DNA of 64,000 nt, taken from positions 1-64,000 of the forward strand of contig CAWKNZ010000006.1 in NCBI GenBank assembly GCA_963851265.1, read 5' to 3'. Shown in pieces: positions 50,459 to 61,064 of the stretch. The translations under genes were made by a program, and so were the position numbers. This DNA comes from an uncultured Gemmatimonadales bacterium. Lineage in GTDB: Bacteria > Gemmatimonadota > Gemmatimonadetes > Gemmatimonadales > Gemmatimonadaceae. The notes under the pieces were generated by a model. The model made no database searches. It saw only the letters and a list, made by a program, of their open reading frames with translations, and was not told the DNA's origin. The first letter of the stretch is position 1. Each line of letters begins with the position of its first letter.

Positions 50459-52309
50459 ATGCCACCGCCTCGTCCACCCGCGCCGCGCGTACCGCCGCGC
50501 ATACCGCCGCGCATCGCCCACCGCGTCGTCGCACTCCTGCTCGTGGTGCTCGCGGCGACCGCGCGCCCGCGTCCGGCGGCCGCGCAGTCGTCCGCCGCGC
50601 CCCTGCCCGGCCCCTCGCCCGCGGATCGGCGCGCACGAGGCGCCTCGGCGACCGACGCCCTGCCGAGCCCGCGCGCGTGGGCCGGGGACTCCCTGCAGGC
50701 CGACGTCGACGCGCTCGGGCGCGTGCTCGGCGCGTTCCACCCCGCGCTGGCCGCGTACGAGCCGCGCGCCGCGTTCGACGCGCGACTCGCGGCGCTGCGC
50801 GCGACGTTCGCCGGACCCGTCGCGCCCGCCGACGCCGTGCGACGGTTCGCGCAGTTCGTCACCGCGCTCCGGGACGGGCACACGTTCCTCAACCCCTACA
50901 ACCAGGGCGCGTTCGTCCGCGACACGGTGCTCGGCGGCGCCACGCGTCTGCCGTTCACCGCGCGCGTGCTGGCCGGGGCGTCGCCGCGGGCGGGCGGCCG
51001 GTCCGGGGACGCACTCGTCGTCACGCGCGACCTCACGGGAGACGGCACCGGCACGGGCGCGCTCCCGCCCGGGACCGTGGTGCGCGCCCTCGGCGGCGTC
51101 CCGGTCGCGGCCGTGCTCGACTCGCTCCAGACGGTCTCGCGCGGCGACGGGCACACCGACGCGCTCCGTCGCGCGCGACTCGGCGTGCGCGACGACCAGG
51201 CGGCGGCGCGGTTGAGCGACGCGCCTCTCGACCTGTACTACGCGCGCTTCTACCCGCCGGTCGGCGACGAACTGCCGCTCACGGTCCGCCGCCCCGGCGC
51301 GGCGCGCGACACCGCCGTCACCGTCCGGCTCGTGACGCACGAGGAGCGCCGAACGCGGCTCGCGCGGCAGGACTCGGCGGCGGGCGGGGTGCGCTGGCGC
51401 GCCCGCCGGCTGGACGCGCGCACGGCCGTGATCACCGTCCCGAGCTTCGTGACGTACGGCGACGCCACCGGCACGAACGCGCGCTCGGCGCCTTCGCCCA
51501 CGCGCTGGCTCGACTCGGCGCTCGCGGCACTTCACGCCGACGGGGTCGACCGGCTCGTGGTAGACGTGCGCGGCAACGTGGGCGGCAGCACCGACCTCGC
51601 CTACGCGCTCGCGCGGCGCCTCACCGCGCGGTGGGTCCGCGACGGCGCGGTCGGCGACGGCGCGCTCCCGAAGGGGCCCTCCGAGGGCCGGGTTCTCCCC
51701 TGCGACGCGATCGAGCGCGTGCTCGTCGCGTCGCCGACCCCCGATACGGTGGCGGCGCGGTTCGCCTCGTCGTGGCGTGACGAGTGGAAGCGGCCGCTCC
51801 GTCCCGGAACGTGGCGCCGAGCCGCGGACGGCCGCGCCGAGCTCGTGCCCGACGCGGAGGGCGCGTGGCCGGTCTACGGCCGCGCGTGCGAGACCGCCGC
51901 GACGGGAGAGGCGCCGTTCGCGTGGCCCGGGCGCGCGGCCGTGCTGGCCGACGAGGCGAACGCGTCGGCCACGTTCCTCTTCCTCACCCTCGTCCGGCGG
52001 CACGCGCTCGCGCCGATCGTCGGCCGCCCCGCGGGCGGCAACCAGCGGGGGATCAACGGCGGACTGGTGCTGTTCACGCAGCTGCCGTATTCGCGTATCG
52101 AGGTCGACGTTCCCTTCTTCGCGCAGGAGCCGCGCGACGGGCCGCGAGGTGCGGCGGTGCCGGACGCGGCGCTCAGTCCCGACGTCCCGGTCGCCTGGAC
52201 GGCTGCCGACGTGGCGACGGGGCGCGACCCGGACGTGGCCGCGGCGCGCCGACTCCTCGCCGGACCGGAGCCGCGCCGGCGACCGCGCCCGGCCGTCGCG
52301 GTTCGTTAG
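50459..52309 (+). CDS. S41 family peptidase, secreted
   Basis: LRDGHT, LVVDVRGNVGG, NASATFLF, PDVPV. Confidence 0.8.
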   Translation: MPPPRPPAPRVPPRIPPRIAHRVVALLLVVLAATARPRPAAAQSSAAPLPGPSPADRRARGASATDALPSPRAWAGDSLQADVDALGRVLGAFHPALAAYEPRAAFDARLAALRATFAGPVAPADAVRRFAQFVTALRDGHTFLNPYNQGAFVRDTVLGGATRLPFTARVLAGASPRAGGRSGDALVVTRDLTGDGTGTGALPPGTVVRALGGVPVAAVLDSLQTVSRGDGHTDALRRARLGVRDDQAAARLSDAPLDLYYARFYPPVGDELPLTVRRPGAARDTAVTVRLVTHEERRTRLARQDSAAGGVRWRARRLDARTAVITVPSFVTYGDATGTNARSAPSPTRWLDSALAALHADGVDRLVVDVRGNVGGSTDLAYALARRLTARWVRDGAVGDGALPKGPSEGRVLPCDAIERVLVASPTPDTVAARFASSWRDEWKRPLRPGTWRRAADGRAELVPDAEGAWPVYGRACETAATGEAPFAWPGRAAVLADEANASATFLFLTLVRRHALAPIVGRPAGGNQRGINGGLVLFTQLPYSRIEVDVPFFAQEPRDGPRGAAVPDAALSPDVPVAWTAADVATGRDPDVAAARRLLAGPEPRRRPRPAVAVR

Positions 52310-52487
52310 GCGCTGCCCCGTCGAGCCCGCCGTCGGGGGGTGCGGGTATATTGGGGCGGGCACGTTCCCGGCCCGCGGTCGGACGTGCCTGGCTGACGCG
52401 CGACCGGCCGACGCGCCGGGAACAGGACGATCGGGGACAGGACGAGTAGTAACCGACCCGCCGCGGCGGGCGAACGAGAGGGGTCAC

Positions 52488-53279
52488 ATGGACGAGAGCA
52501 GGGACGACGGCTCCGAGTATTTCGCACCGCCCGGGCCGACCGACGACGTGACGCCGGCGCGCGAGGCACCCGCGCCCGCACCGGTCGGTCCGACGCGGCG
52601 CACGTTTCTGGCGCAGACCGTCGCGGGCGGCATCGGCCTCGTCGCGCTCGACCCGCTGCTCGGCGTGCTTTCGCAGGAAACCGCGCTCGCCCAACTCGGC
52701 CCGCCGCTGGCGACCGCCGGCGCCGCGAGCACGGCGGGTGCGGCCGCCGAGCACACGGCCCACGTCACGCTCGCCGTCAACGGCGCCGCGCACACGCTCG
52801 ACCTCGACACGCGCGTCACCCTGCTCGACGCGCTCCGCGAGCACCTGCAGCTGACCGGCACCAAGAAGGGGTGCGACCACGGCCAGTGCGGCGCGTGCAC
52901 GGTGCTCGTCAACGGCACGCGCATCAACTCGTGTCTGAGCCTGGCCGTGATGCACGACGGCGACGCCGTCACCACGATCGAGGGGCTCGGCGCGCCGGGG
53001 ACGTTGCACCCGATGCAGGCCGCGTTCGTCAAGCACGACGGCTTCCAGTGCGGCTACTGCACGCCCGGGCAGGTCTGCTCGGCGGTCGCGGTGCTCGACG
53101 AGATCAAGGCCGGGATCCCGAGCCACGTCACCGCCGATCTGACCGCCCGGCCGCAGGCGACCAACATGGAGATGCGCGAGCGGATGAGCGGTAACATCTG
53201 CCGCTGCGGCGCCTACTCCAACATCGCCGAGGCGATGGCCGAGGTCGCGGCGACGCGCGTTGCGGGGAGTCCCACATGA
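52488..53279 (+). CDS. paoA: Aldehyde oxidoreductase 2Fe-2S subunit with Tat signal
   Basis: [40 protein letters not shown]. Confidence 0.92.
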   Translation: MDESRDDGSEYFAPPGPTDDVTPAREAPAPAPVGPTRRTFLAQTVAGGIGLVALDPLLGVLSQETALAQLGPPLATAGAASTAGAAAEHTAHVTLAVNGAAHTLDLDTRVTLLDALREHLQLTGTKKGCDHGQCGACTVLVNGTRINSCLSLAVMHDGDAVTTIEGLGAPGTLHPMQAAFVKHDGFQCGYCTPGQVCSAVAVLDEIKAGIPSHVTADLTARPQATNMEMRERMSGNICRCGAYSNIAEAMAEVAATRVAGSPT

Positions 53280-54226
53280 GGCCCTTCAGCTACGAACGCG
53301 CCAAGACCCCGGCGGAGGCGGCGGCCGCGGTCGCGCGCACGCCCGGCGCGAAGTTCATCGCCGGCGGCACCAACCTGCTCGACCTGATGAAGCTGCAGAT
53401 CGAGACGCCGACGCACCTCGTCGACGTCCGCGATCTCAAGCTCGACCGGATCGAGCCCACGGCCGAGGGCGGGCTGCGGATCGGCGCCCGGGTGACGAAC
53501 ACGAACCTGGCCGCGGACGAGCGGGTCCGCCGCGACTACGGCGTCCTGTCGCGCGCGATCGTGGCCGGCGCCTCCGGCCAGCTGCGGAACAAGGCGACGA
53601 CGGCCGGCAACCTGCTCCAGCGCACCCGCTGCCCGTACTTCTACGACACGGCGATGCCGTGCAACAAGCGCGCGCCCGGGTCGGGGTGCTCGGCCATCGG
53701 CGGCTACAGCCGCCCGCTCGCGGTGATCGGCTCCAGCGATGCGTGCATCGCCACGCACCCCGGCGACATGGCGGTCGCGATGCGCGTGCTCGACGCGAAG
53801 GTCGAGACGGTGCGGCCCAACGGGTCGACGCGCGTCCTGCCGATCGCCGACTTCCACCGGCTACCCGGCAATACGCCGCAAATCGACACCAATCTGGAGC
53901 GCGGCGAGCTGATCACCGCGGTCACGCTGCCGCCGGCGGTCGGCGGGGCGCACTTCTACCACAAGGTGCGCGACCGCGCGTCCTACGCGTACGCGCTCGT
54001 CTCGATCGCCGCCATCGTGCAGCGCGACGGCTCCGGCCGCGTCGCGGTCGGCGGAATCGCCCACAAGCCGTGGCGGGTCGAGGCGGCCGAGCGCGAGATG
54101 CCGCGCGGCGCGAAGGCCGTGGCGGCGCGGCTGCTCGCCGGCGCGCGGCCGACGCGCGACAACGCATTCAAGCTCCCGCTGGTCGAGCGCACGCTCGCCG
54201 CGGTCCTGGCCGACGCGAGGGCCTGA
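53276..54226 (+). CDS. paoB: Aldehyde oxidoreductase FAD subunit
   Basis: [34 protein letters not shown]. Confidence 0.93.
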   Translation: MRPFSYERAKTPAEAAAAVARTPGAKFIAGGTNLLDLMKLQIETPTHLVDVRDLKLDRIEPTAEGGLRIGARVTNTNLAADERVRRDYGVLSRAIVAGASGQLRNKATTAGNLLQRTRCPYFYDTAMPCNKRAPGSGCSAIGGYSRPLAVIGSSDACIATHPGDMAVAMRVLDAKVETVRPNGSTRVLPIADFHRLPGNTPQIDTNLERGELITAVTLPPAVGGAHFYHKVRDRASYAYALVSIAAIVQRDGSGRVAVGGIAHKPWRVEAAEREMPRGAKAVAARLLAGARPTRDNAFKLPLVERTLAAVLADARA

Positions 54227-54230
54227 CGCC

Positions 54231-56450
54231 ATGAAATTCGACACCCCCGCGGGCCGCAACCCGATCGACCAGCTCAAGGTGGTCGGCCACGCGACCGACC
54301 GCGTGGACGGTCCGCGCAAGACCACCGGCACCGCCCCGTACGCGTACGAACGCCACGACGTCGCGCCCAACCAGGCGTACGGCTTCGTGCTCGGCAGCGG
54401 CATCGCCAAGGGACGCATCACGCGCATGGACACCGCGGGCGCCAAGGCCGCCCCCGGCGTCCTCGCCATCGTCACCACGCTCGACGCGCCCCGGCTCGGC
54501 AAGGGGCGGATGAACATCGCCGCGCTGTTCGGCGGGCCCGAGGTGCAGCACTACCACCAGGCGATCGCGGTGGTGGTGGCGGAGACGTTCGAGCAGGCGC
54601 GCGCGGCGGCGGCGCTGATCCGCGTCGACTACGCGCGGCAGCCGGGCCGGTTCGACCTCGCCGCGGAGGCCCCGACCGCGCCGCCGGTCGGGGGCAGCAG
54701 CGGCGAGGGGAGCAGCGCGCCGCCGGTCGACCGCGTCGGGAACTTCGAGGCGGCGTTCGCCGCGGCGCCCGTCACGCTCGACGCCACCTACACGACGCCC
54801 GACGAGAGCCACGCGATGATGGAGCCCCACGCCACGGTCGCGGCGTGGGAGGGCGACAGGCTCACGGTGTGGACGTCCACACAGATGGTGGCGTGGACGC
54901 GGGGCGACCTCGCGCGCACGTTAGGCATTCCGCCGGCGAACGTGCGCGTCGACTCGCCCTACGTGGGCGGGGGCTTCGGCGTGAAGCTCTTCCTGCGCGC
55001 GGACGCGGTGCTCGCGGCGTTGGGCGCCAGGGCGGCGGGGCGCCCGGTGAAGCTGGCGCTCACCCGCCCGCTCATCGCCAACAACACCACGCACCGGCCG
55101 GCCACCATCCAGCGCGTCCGCCTGGGCGCGACGCGCGACGGCCGCCTCACGGCGATCGCGCACGAGAGCACGAGCGGCAATCTCCCGGGCGGCAAGCCCG
55201 AGACCGCCGTGTCGCAGACCAAGCTCCTGTACGCGGGCGCCAACCGCCTGATCGCGATGCGCCTCGCGAAGCTCGATCTCCCGGAGGGCAACGCGATGCG
55301 CGCCCCGGGGGAGGCGCCGGGGCTGATGGCGCTCGAGGTGGCGATGGACGAGATGGCGGAGAAGCTGCGGATGGATCCGGTCGAGTTCCGCGTCGTCAAC
55401 GACACGCAGGTCGATCCCGAGAAGCCCGCGCGGCACTTCTCGGAGCGGCGGCTGGTCGAATGCCTGCGGCAGGGCGCCGAGCGCTTCGGGTGGAGCCGGC
55501 GCAACGCCACGCCCGGCTCGGTGCGCGAAGGACACTCGCTCATCGGCATGGGAATGGCCGTCGGGTTCCGCAACAACATCGTGATCAAGTCCGCGGCCCG
55601 CGTACGGCTCGACGGCCACGGCGTCGTCACGGTCGAGACCGACATGACCGACATCGGGACGGGCAGCTACACGATCATCGCCCAGACCGCCGCGGAGACG
55701 ATGGGCGTCCCGCTCGATCGCGTCGTGGTGAAGCTGGGCGACTCGGATTTCCCGGCCTCGTGCGGATCGGGCGGACAGTTCGGCGCCAACAACTCGACGG
55801 CGGGCGTCTACGCCGCGTGCATGAAGCTGCGCGAGGCGGTCGCGGCCAGACTCGGCCTGGACGCCGCCACGCCGACCTTCGCCGACGGGCGCGTGCGCGC
55901 CGGCGAGCGGAACGTCGCGCTCGCGGATGCCGCGCGCTCGGGCGAACTCGTCGCCGAGGACGGGATCGAGTACGGCGACCTCGCGAAGCAGTACCAGCAG
56001 TCGACGTTCGCCGCCCACTTCGTCGAAGCAGCCGTCGACGCCTACACCGGCGTGCCCCGCGTACGGCGGATGCTCGCGGTGTGCGCCGCGGGACGGATCC
56101 TCAACCCCAAGACGGCGCGCAGCCAGGTGATCGGCGCGATGACGATGGGCGTCGGCGCGGCGCTCATGGAGGAGCTGGCGGTGGACACGCGCTACGGCTT
56201 CTTCGTCAATCACGACCTCGCCGGCTACGAGGTGCCAGTGCACGCCGACATCCCGCACCAGGACGTCATCTTCCTCGACGAGGTCGACGACACGTCGTCG
56301 CCGATGAAGGCCAAGGGCATCGGCGAGCTCGGACTGTGCGGCGTCGGCGCCGCCATCGCGAACGCCGTCTACAACGCCACCGGTGTGCGCGTGCGCGACT
56401 ACCCGCTCACGCTGGAAAAGCACCTCGAACGGCTGCCCGCGATCACCTGA
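54231..56450 (+). CDS. paoC: Aldehyde oxidoreductase molybdenum subunit
   Basis: MKFDTPAGRNPIDQLKVVG, GGGFGVK, MRAPGE, KGIGELG. Confidence 0.93.
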   Translation: MKFDTPAGRNPIDQLKVVGHATDRVDGPRKTTGTAPYAYERHDVAPNQAYGFVLGSGIAKGRITRMDTAGAKAAPGVLAIVTTLDAPRLGKGRMNIAALFGGPEVQHYHQAIAVVVAETFEQARAAAALIRVDYARQPGRFDLAAEAPTAPPVGGSSGEGSSAPPVDRVGNFEAAFAAAPVTLDATYTTPDESHAMMEPHATVAAWEGDRLTVWTSTQMVAWTRGDLARTLGIPPANVRVDSPYVGGGFGVKLFLRADAVLAALGARAAGRPVKLALTRPLIANNTTHRPATIQRVRLGATRDGRLTAIAHESTSGNLPGGKPETAVSQTKLLYAGANRLIAMRLAKLDLPEGNAMRAPGEAPGLMALEVAMDEMAEKLRMDPVEFRVVNDTQVDPEKPARHFSERRLVECLRQGAERFGWSRRNATPGSVREGHSLIGMGMAVGFRNNIVIKSAARVRLDGHGVVTVETDMTDIGTGSYTIIAQTAAETMGVPLDRVVVKLGDSDFPASCGSGGQFGANNSTAGVYAACMKLREAVAARLGLDAATPTFADGRVRAGERNVALADAARSGELVAEDGIEYGDLAKQYQQSTFAAHFVEAAVDAYTGVPRVRRMLAVCAAGRILNPKTARSQVIGAMTMGVGAALMEELAVDTRYGFFVNHDLAGYEVPVHADIPHQDVIFLDEVDDTSSPMKAKGIGELGLCGVGAAIANAVYNATGVRVRDYPLTLEKHLERLPAIT

Positions 56451-56492
56451 TCGGGCAACGCAGCGTCACGGGCTTCGACACCGCGGCGGCGG

Positions 56493-59183
56493 TCACGCGC
56501 CGACGAGCACGCGGTCGGCCGTCGTCTGGTCGGCGCCGCCGCGCGCGTCGACGGCTCTCGCCGCGTCCCCGGCCCCGAGGCCGAGCAATGCGGCGATGGC
56601 CACGGGGCTGACGGGCCGGCTGAAGTGGTAGCCCTGGGCGAGCGGGCATCCCATCGCCCGGAGCGCCGCGGCCTGGTCCGCCGATTCGACGCCCTCCGCC
56701 ACCGTGCGCAGCTCCAGCGCGTCGCCGAGCGCGACGATGGCCGCGGCCAGCGCGGCGGGCTGTCCGCCGCTGGCGACCTCGTCGACGAAGCTCTTGTCGA
56801 TCTTGAGCACGTCGATGGGAAACTGGCGCAGGTAGCTGAGTGCCGAGTAGCCGGTGCCGAAGTCGTCGATGGCCAGGCGGATGCCGAGCGCCTTCAGGGC
56901 TACCAGCCGCTGGCGCGCGAGTTCCGGGTGGTGGATGACGGTACTCTCGGTCAACTCGAGCACCAGGCGCTCCGCAGGGAACCCACTGGCCGTGAGCGCG
57001 GCCTCGACCTCGCCGACGAACCCGACCTGTTGCAGCTGCCGCCCCGACACGTTGACCGTGACCGAGAACCCGGGAATGCCGCGCGCGGCGCCGTCCGCGG
57101 CCCACGCCGCCCCCTGACGACACGCCTCTTCGAGCACCCAACGCCCGAGCGGCCGGACGAGCCCCGTCTCTTCGGCCAGCGGGATGAACGCGGCCGGCGA
57201 GACCACGTCGTGCCCGGGCCGGTGCCAGCGCACCAGCGCCTCCACCCCGGTGAGCACCCCGGTTGCGAGGTCGATGATCGGCTGGTACACGAGGCGAAAC
57301 TCGCCAGCCTCGAGTCCGTGTCGTAAGGCCGCCTCGAGCGCCACGCGCTCGACGGCGGTGGCGTGCATGGCCGGCTCGAACACCACGGCCTGGCCGCGAC
57401 CCCGCGCCTTGGCCTCGTAGAGCGCGAGGTCGGCGTCGCGGAGCAGCGCGTCGACCGGCGCGAGCGCGGCGGACGGCGCCGGTGCCGTGTCGGACGCGTC
57501 CGCCCCGCCGCGCGCGATCCCGATGCTGCCGCCGACGGTGACCGTCGTCCCGTGCACCGTGAACGGGCGCGCGAGCGCGTCGACGATGCGATCCGCGGCG
57601 GCGAGCGCGTCGGTCAGGCCACCGACGCGCTCGAAGAGGACGGCGAACTCGTCGCCCCCGAGCCGCGCCACCAAGTCGCAACCGCGCGTCGTGTGGAGGA
57701 GCCGCGCCGCCACCTCGACGAGCAGGGCGTCGCCGACCAGGTGCCCGGCCGAGTCGTTGACGAGCTTGAAGCCGTCGAGGTCCAGCGTGAGCACGACGAC
57801 GCGGCTCGCATCCCCGTTCGCCGCCACCGCGCGCGCGATCGCCGCCTCGGCGCGCTCGCGGAACCGGGCCCGGTTGGCGAGTCCGGTGAGCGGGTCGTGG
57901 TAGGCGCGGTGGACGAGCTGCGATTCGAGCGCGCGGTATTCGGTGATGTCCTGCAGCATGCCGACGAGCCCCGGCCGGCCGTCCGGGAGGCTGTCGATGC
58001 GCGACACGTTCAGGGCACACAGGCGCTCCACCCCGTCCTTGCGGCGGAAGCGCTTCTCGACGGCCACGTGGTCGCGCTCGCCCGCCTTGAGAGCGCGCAC
58101 GGGCTCGCGGGTCACGGCGGCGTCCTCAAGCGGCGAGAGGTCGGCGGCCCGCATGCTCCGGAGCTCCTCCCGTGAGTAACCGACGATCGCCTCGTAGGCA
58201 CGGTTGGCTTCGAGGATGCGGCCCTCGTCGTCGTGCAGGGCGATGCCGACGGCCGCGTGCTCGAAGATCGACCGCAGGCGGGCCTCGCTCGCCTGGAGCG
58301 CGTCGCGTGACGCGGCGAGCTGGCGACGGTGGCGACGGTCCGCGGCGGCCGCGAGCACCGCAGCGCCGAGGATGAGGACGGCACCCGCCGTGACCGCCGC
58401 GGCGAGCCCGCCGCTCGCGAGCACGGGGGCCCCGCCGCGCGGGGTGTCGGAGGGCCAACCGGCGCCGGCCGATGGCGTGGCCGGGAGCGGCGTGAAGCGC
58501 GCCGCGGCCATTCCGGTGTAGTGCATGCCGGCGATCGCGAGCCCCATCACCGCAGCAGCCCCCGCGCGCGCCCAACGCTCCGCGACGCTCCGCACGTTGC
58601 CGAGGCGCGTGAGCAGCCAGAGCGCCGCCGTCGCGGCCACGACCGCGACCACGAGCGAGGCCGCGACGAGCACCGGCGACCAGATGAGCGCGGCGGGCAT
58701 CCGCAACGCCCACATGCCCGTGTAGTGCATGCCGGCGATGGCGAGCCCGAGCGCGAGACCGCCGACGACGAGGGCCCCCGCGCTCAGCCGCCCGCGCCGC
58801 ACCACGCTGAGCGCGAGCGCGCAGGCCCCGACGGCCACGGCGACTGACGCCACCACACGCGGCACGTCGTAGGCGATCGGCACCACCGCGCCGGCGCTCG
58901 GGCCGCCCGACGCGGCGTGCGCGTGGGCCATCGCCAGTCCGGCCGGCGCGTGCACGTGCAGCGCGAGCATGCCGATGAAGTGCATGCTCCAGATGCCGAC
59001 GCCGAGCACGAGCGACCCGCCCGTGAGCCACGCCAGCTGACTCCGTCCCGTTGCCGCGCTCGTCCGACCGGCGAGGTCGAGTGCGACGTGCGATGCGAGT
59101 GCGGCCAGGACCACGGAGAGCGTGACGAGGCCCGGACCGTAACTGGTTTCGAAGGCACAGCCAGTGAGGCAGGCGGCAGGCAT
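56493..59183 (-). CDS. MHYT-PAS-GGDEF-EAL c-di-GMP protein
   Basis: MHFIGM and two MHYTGM motifs; RLGGDEF; EALVRW; DDFGTGYS. Confidence 0.93.
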   Translation of the reverse strand: MPAACLTGCAFETSYGPGLVTLSVVLAALASHVALDLAGRTSAATGRSQLAWLTGGSLVLGVGIWSMHFIGMLALHVHAPAGLAMAHAHAASGGPSAGAVVPIAYDVPRVVASVAVAVGACALALSVVRRGRLSAGALVVGGLALGLAIAGMHYTGMWALRMPAALIWSPVLVAASLVVAVVAATAALWLLTRLGNVRSVAERWARAGAAAVMGLAIAGMHYTGMAAARFTPLPATPSAGAGWPSDTPRGGAPVLASGGLAAAVTAGAVLILGAAVLAAAADRRHRRQLAASRDALQASEARLRSIFEHAAVGIALHDDEGRILEANRAYEAIVGYSREELRSMRAADLSPLEDAAVTREPVRALKAGERDHVAVEKRFRRKDGVERLCALNVSRIDSLPDGRPGLVGMLQDITEYRALESQLVHRAYHDPLTGLANRARFRERAEAAIARAVAANGDASRVVVLTLDLDGFKLVNDSAGHLVGDALLVEVAARLLHTTRGCDLVARLGGDEFAVLFERVGGLTDALAAADRIVDALARPFTVHGTTVTVGGSIGIARGGADASDTAPAPSAALAPVDALLRDADLALYEAKARGRGQAVVFEPAMHATAVERVALEAALRHGLEAGEFRLVYQPIIDLATGVLTGVEALVRWHRPGHDVVSPAAFIPLAEETGLVRPLGRWVLEEACRQGAAWAADGAARGIPGFSVTVNVSGRQLQQVGFVGEVEAALTASGFPAERLVLELTESTVIHHPELARQRLVALKALGIRLAIDDFGTGYSALSYLRQFPIDVLKIDKSFVDEVASGGQPAALAAAIVALGDALELRTVAEGVESADQAAALRAMGCPLAQGYHFSRPVSPVAIAALLGLGAGDAARAVDARGGADQTTADRVLVGA

Positions 59184-59395
59184 GCGAGGCGTGCGTGGAC
59201 GATATCGAGCGGGCCGTCGCGGAACGGACCGGATCAGGGAGGACGACGCTCCCGGCCGTTCGCCACGCAGGGCGCGGCCGCGAGCGACCACCGCCCGTGC
59301 CGGCGCGCGACACCGAGCGACGGCACGGCAACGTGTCGGCCGGCGCGAGCTGTACGTTCCATTGCGACGGCGCCCACCCCTGTGACAGGATCGGC

Positions 59396-60355
59396 ATGCG
59401 CATCGAACACCCCGTCGACCTCGCCCTGCGTCCCTACGTCCAGAGCCTGTGGTCGGTGGAGCGCGCCTTCGTGCCGCCGGCCGACACGTTCACGCTGCTG
59501 CCGGACCGCTACGTGGAGCTCGTGTTCAGCGGGGGCGCCCGCTTCGTCGTCGATCAGGGCGAGGCGGATTCGCAGGACTCCCCGAAGCCCACGGCCGCGG
59601 AGCGTGTCTCACCGCCGCGCGTCCTCCCGCGCGCGTACGTCGTCGGGCTGCTGGACGGGCCGGTGCGGCTCCGGGCGCACGGCACCGTGCGGGCCGTCGC
59701 GGCGCGCTGCCACGCCTGGAACGTCGCCCCGCTGCTCGCCCCCCTGCTCGCCCCCCTGCGCACGCCGCCGGGCCGGGCAGCGCCGGACGGCTTCGGCGGC
59801 CTCCGGCCGCTTCACGCCGCGCACGCGCCGCTCGCGGACGAGATCGCGGCGCGGCTGACGGCCGGCGACGTGGACGCGGCACTCGGCCGGCTGTGCGACC
59901 TGCTGCGGCCGCTCGCGGCCGGCGCGCCGGCCGTGCCCGCCCACGTGCGCCGCGCGGGGCACGCGTTAGGCAGCGAGTCAGGCGACGGCGCGAGCGGTGC
60001 GGCGCAACGCGCGCCGGTGCGGCGGGCGGCGTCGGCGGGCGGGCGCACGGCGCGGCAGCTCGAGCGACAGTTTCGCGCCCTCGCCGGCGTGACGCCCAAG
60101 GGCTACGCGCGACGGGCCCGCTTCGAGCAGGCGCGCGACCGCCTCTGGGCAGCGCCCGCGACGCGCCTGAGCGAGCTGGCGGCCGCGTGCGGGTACGCGG
60201 ACCAGGCACACCTCACGCGCGAGTTCGCCGCGTTCGCGGGCGTACCGCCCGGCCGCTGGGCCGCCGGGGTCGTCCGGACGCGGGCCCTGCTCCACCCGGG
60301 CCTCTCGGAGCAACGCGAGCGCGAGCCCGACGTCGCGTTCGTGCAAGACGCCTGA
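59396..60355 (+). CDS. AraC family regulator
   Basis: LRPYVQSLW, LLPDRYVEL, RQLERQF, GYADQAHLTREF. Confidence 0.88.
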   Translation: MRIEHPVDLALRPYVQSLWSVERAFVPPADTFTLLPDRYVELVFSGGARFVVDQGEADSQDSPKPTAAERVSPPRVLPRAYVVGLLDGPVRLRAHGTVRAVAARCHAWNVAPLLAPLLAPLRTPPGRAAPDGFGGLRPLHAAHAPLADEIAARLTAGDVDAALGRLCDLLRPLAAGAPAVPAHVRRAGHALGSESGDGASGAAQRAPVRRAASAGGRTARQLERQFRALAGVTPKGYARRARFEQARDRLWAAPATRLSELAAACGYADQAHLTREFAAFAGVPPGRWAAGVVRTRALLHPGLSEQREREPDVAFVQDA

Positions 60356-60473
60356 GTCGGCGAGGGCTACCCTGGGAGCACCAGCGCGCCCGCCCCCGAA
60401 CGACGCTCCGCGCGTCGTCCTGCCGGGCGTTGCGCGTTCTCTCGTCACTCTCCAACCCCCGCACGAGGCCCCG

Positions 60474-60953
60474 ATGTCCAACCCCGTATCGCACGACGCG
60501 TCCCGTCGAACGCCGCCCCGCACGCCCTCGGCGGCCCTGGCCAACGTCAACCTGTTCGTTCGCGACCCGGAGCGCGCGCGCCACTTCTACGTCGAGGCGC
60601 TCGGGCTCAAGGACGACGCGCGCTCGGCCCCGCCCCACTTCGTGCTGCTCGACGCGGGCGGCGGCTGCACCCTCACCATCCAAGCGGCGGAGGCGGTGGG
60701 CGAGTCGCTCGATCGCGACGTCACCAACGGCTGCCCCGTGGAACTCGGGTTCGAGCTCGCGGTCGACGGCGCGGACGCCGCGGCGGCGCTCGACGCGGTA
60801 TGCGCGCGCGTCACGGCGGCGGGCGGCCTGGTCGGCACGCCGCAGGTGATGGGCTGGGCGAGTGCTGTGGACGGCCGTGACCCCGACGGGTACCGGATCA
60901 CCGTGTTCGTCCGCTCGCCCGAGGGGCGGCCGGCTCCGGATCCGCCGCGATGA
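60474..60953 (+). CDS. VOC/glyoxalase family protein
   Basis: VNLFVRDPERARHFYVEALGL...DPDGYRI. Confidence 0.85.
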   Translation: MSNPVSHDASRRTPPRTPSAALANVNLFVRDPERARHFYVEALGLKDDARSAPPHFVLLDAGGGCTLTIQAAEAVGESLDRDVTNGCPVELGFELAVDGADAAAALDAVCARVTAAGGLVGTPQVMGWASAVDGRDPDGYRITVFVRSPEGRPAPDPPR

Positions 60954-61064
60954 CGCCCCTGGCACGGCGGTCGTGACGGCAATGCTGACCGCCCGCGCCG
61001 GGCACGGGCCCGACTGCACCCGTGAACGGCGCACCGAGCACGGCACCAGCGCGGCAGCGTCGGG

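Noticed and set aside
50477..50516. 12-bp repeats at the start of the S41 peptidase
   Set aside because: Low-complexity PPR(V/I) coding repeat in the signal region, with no further structure.
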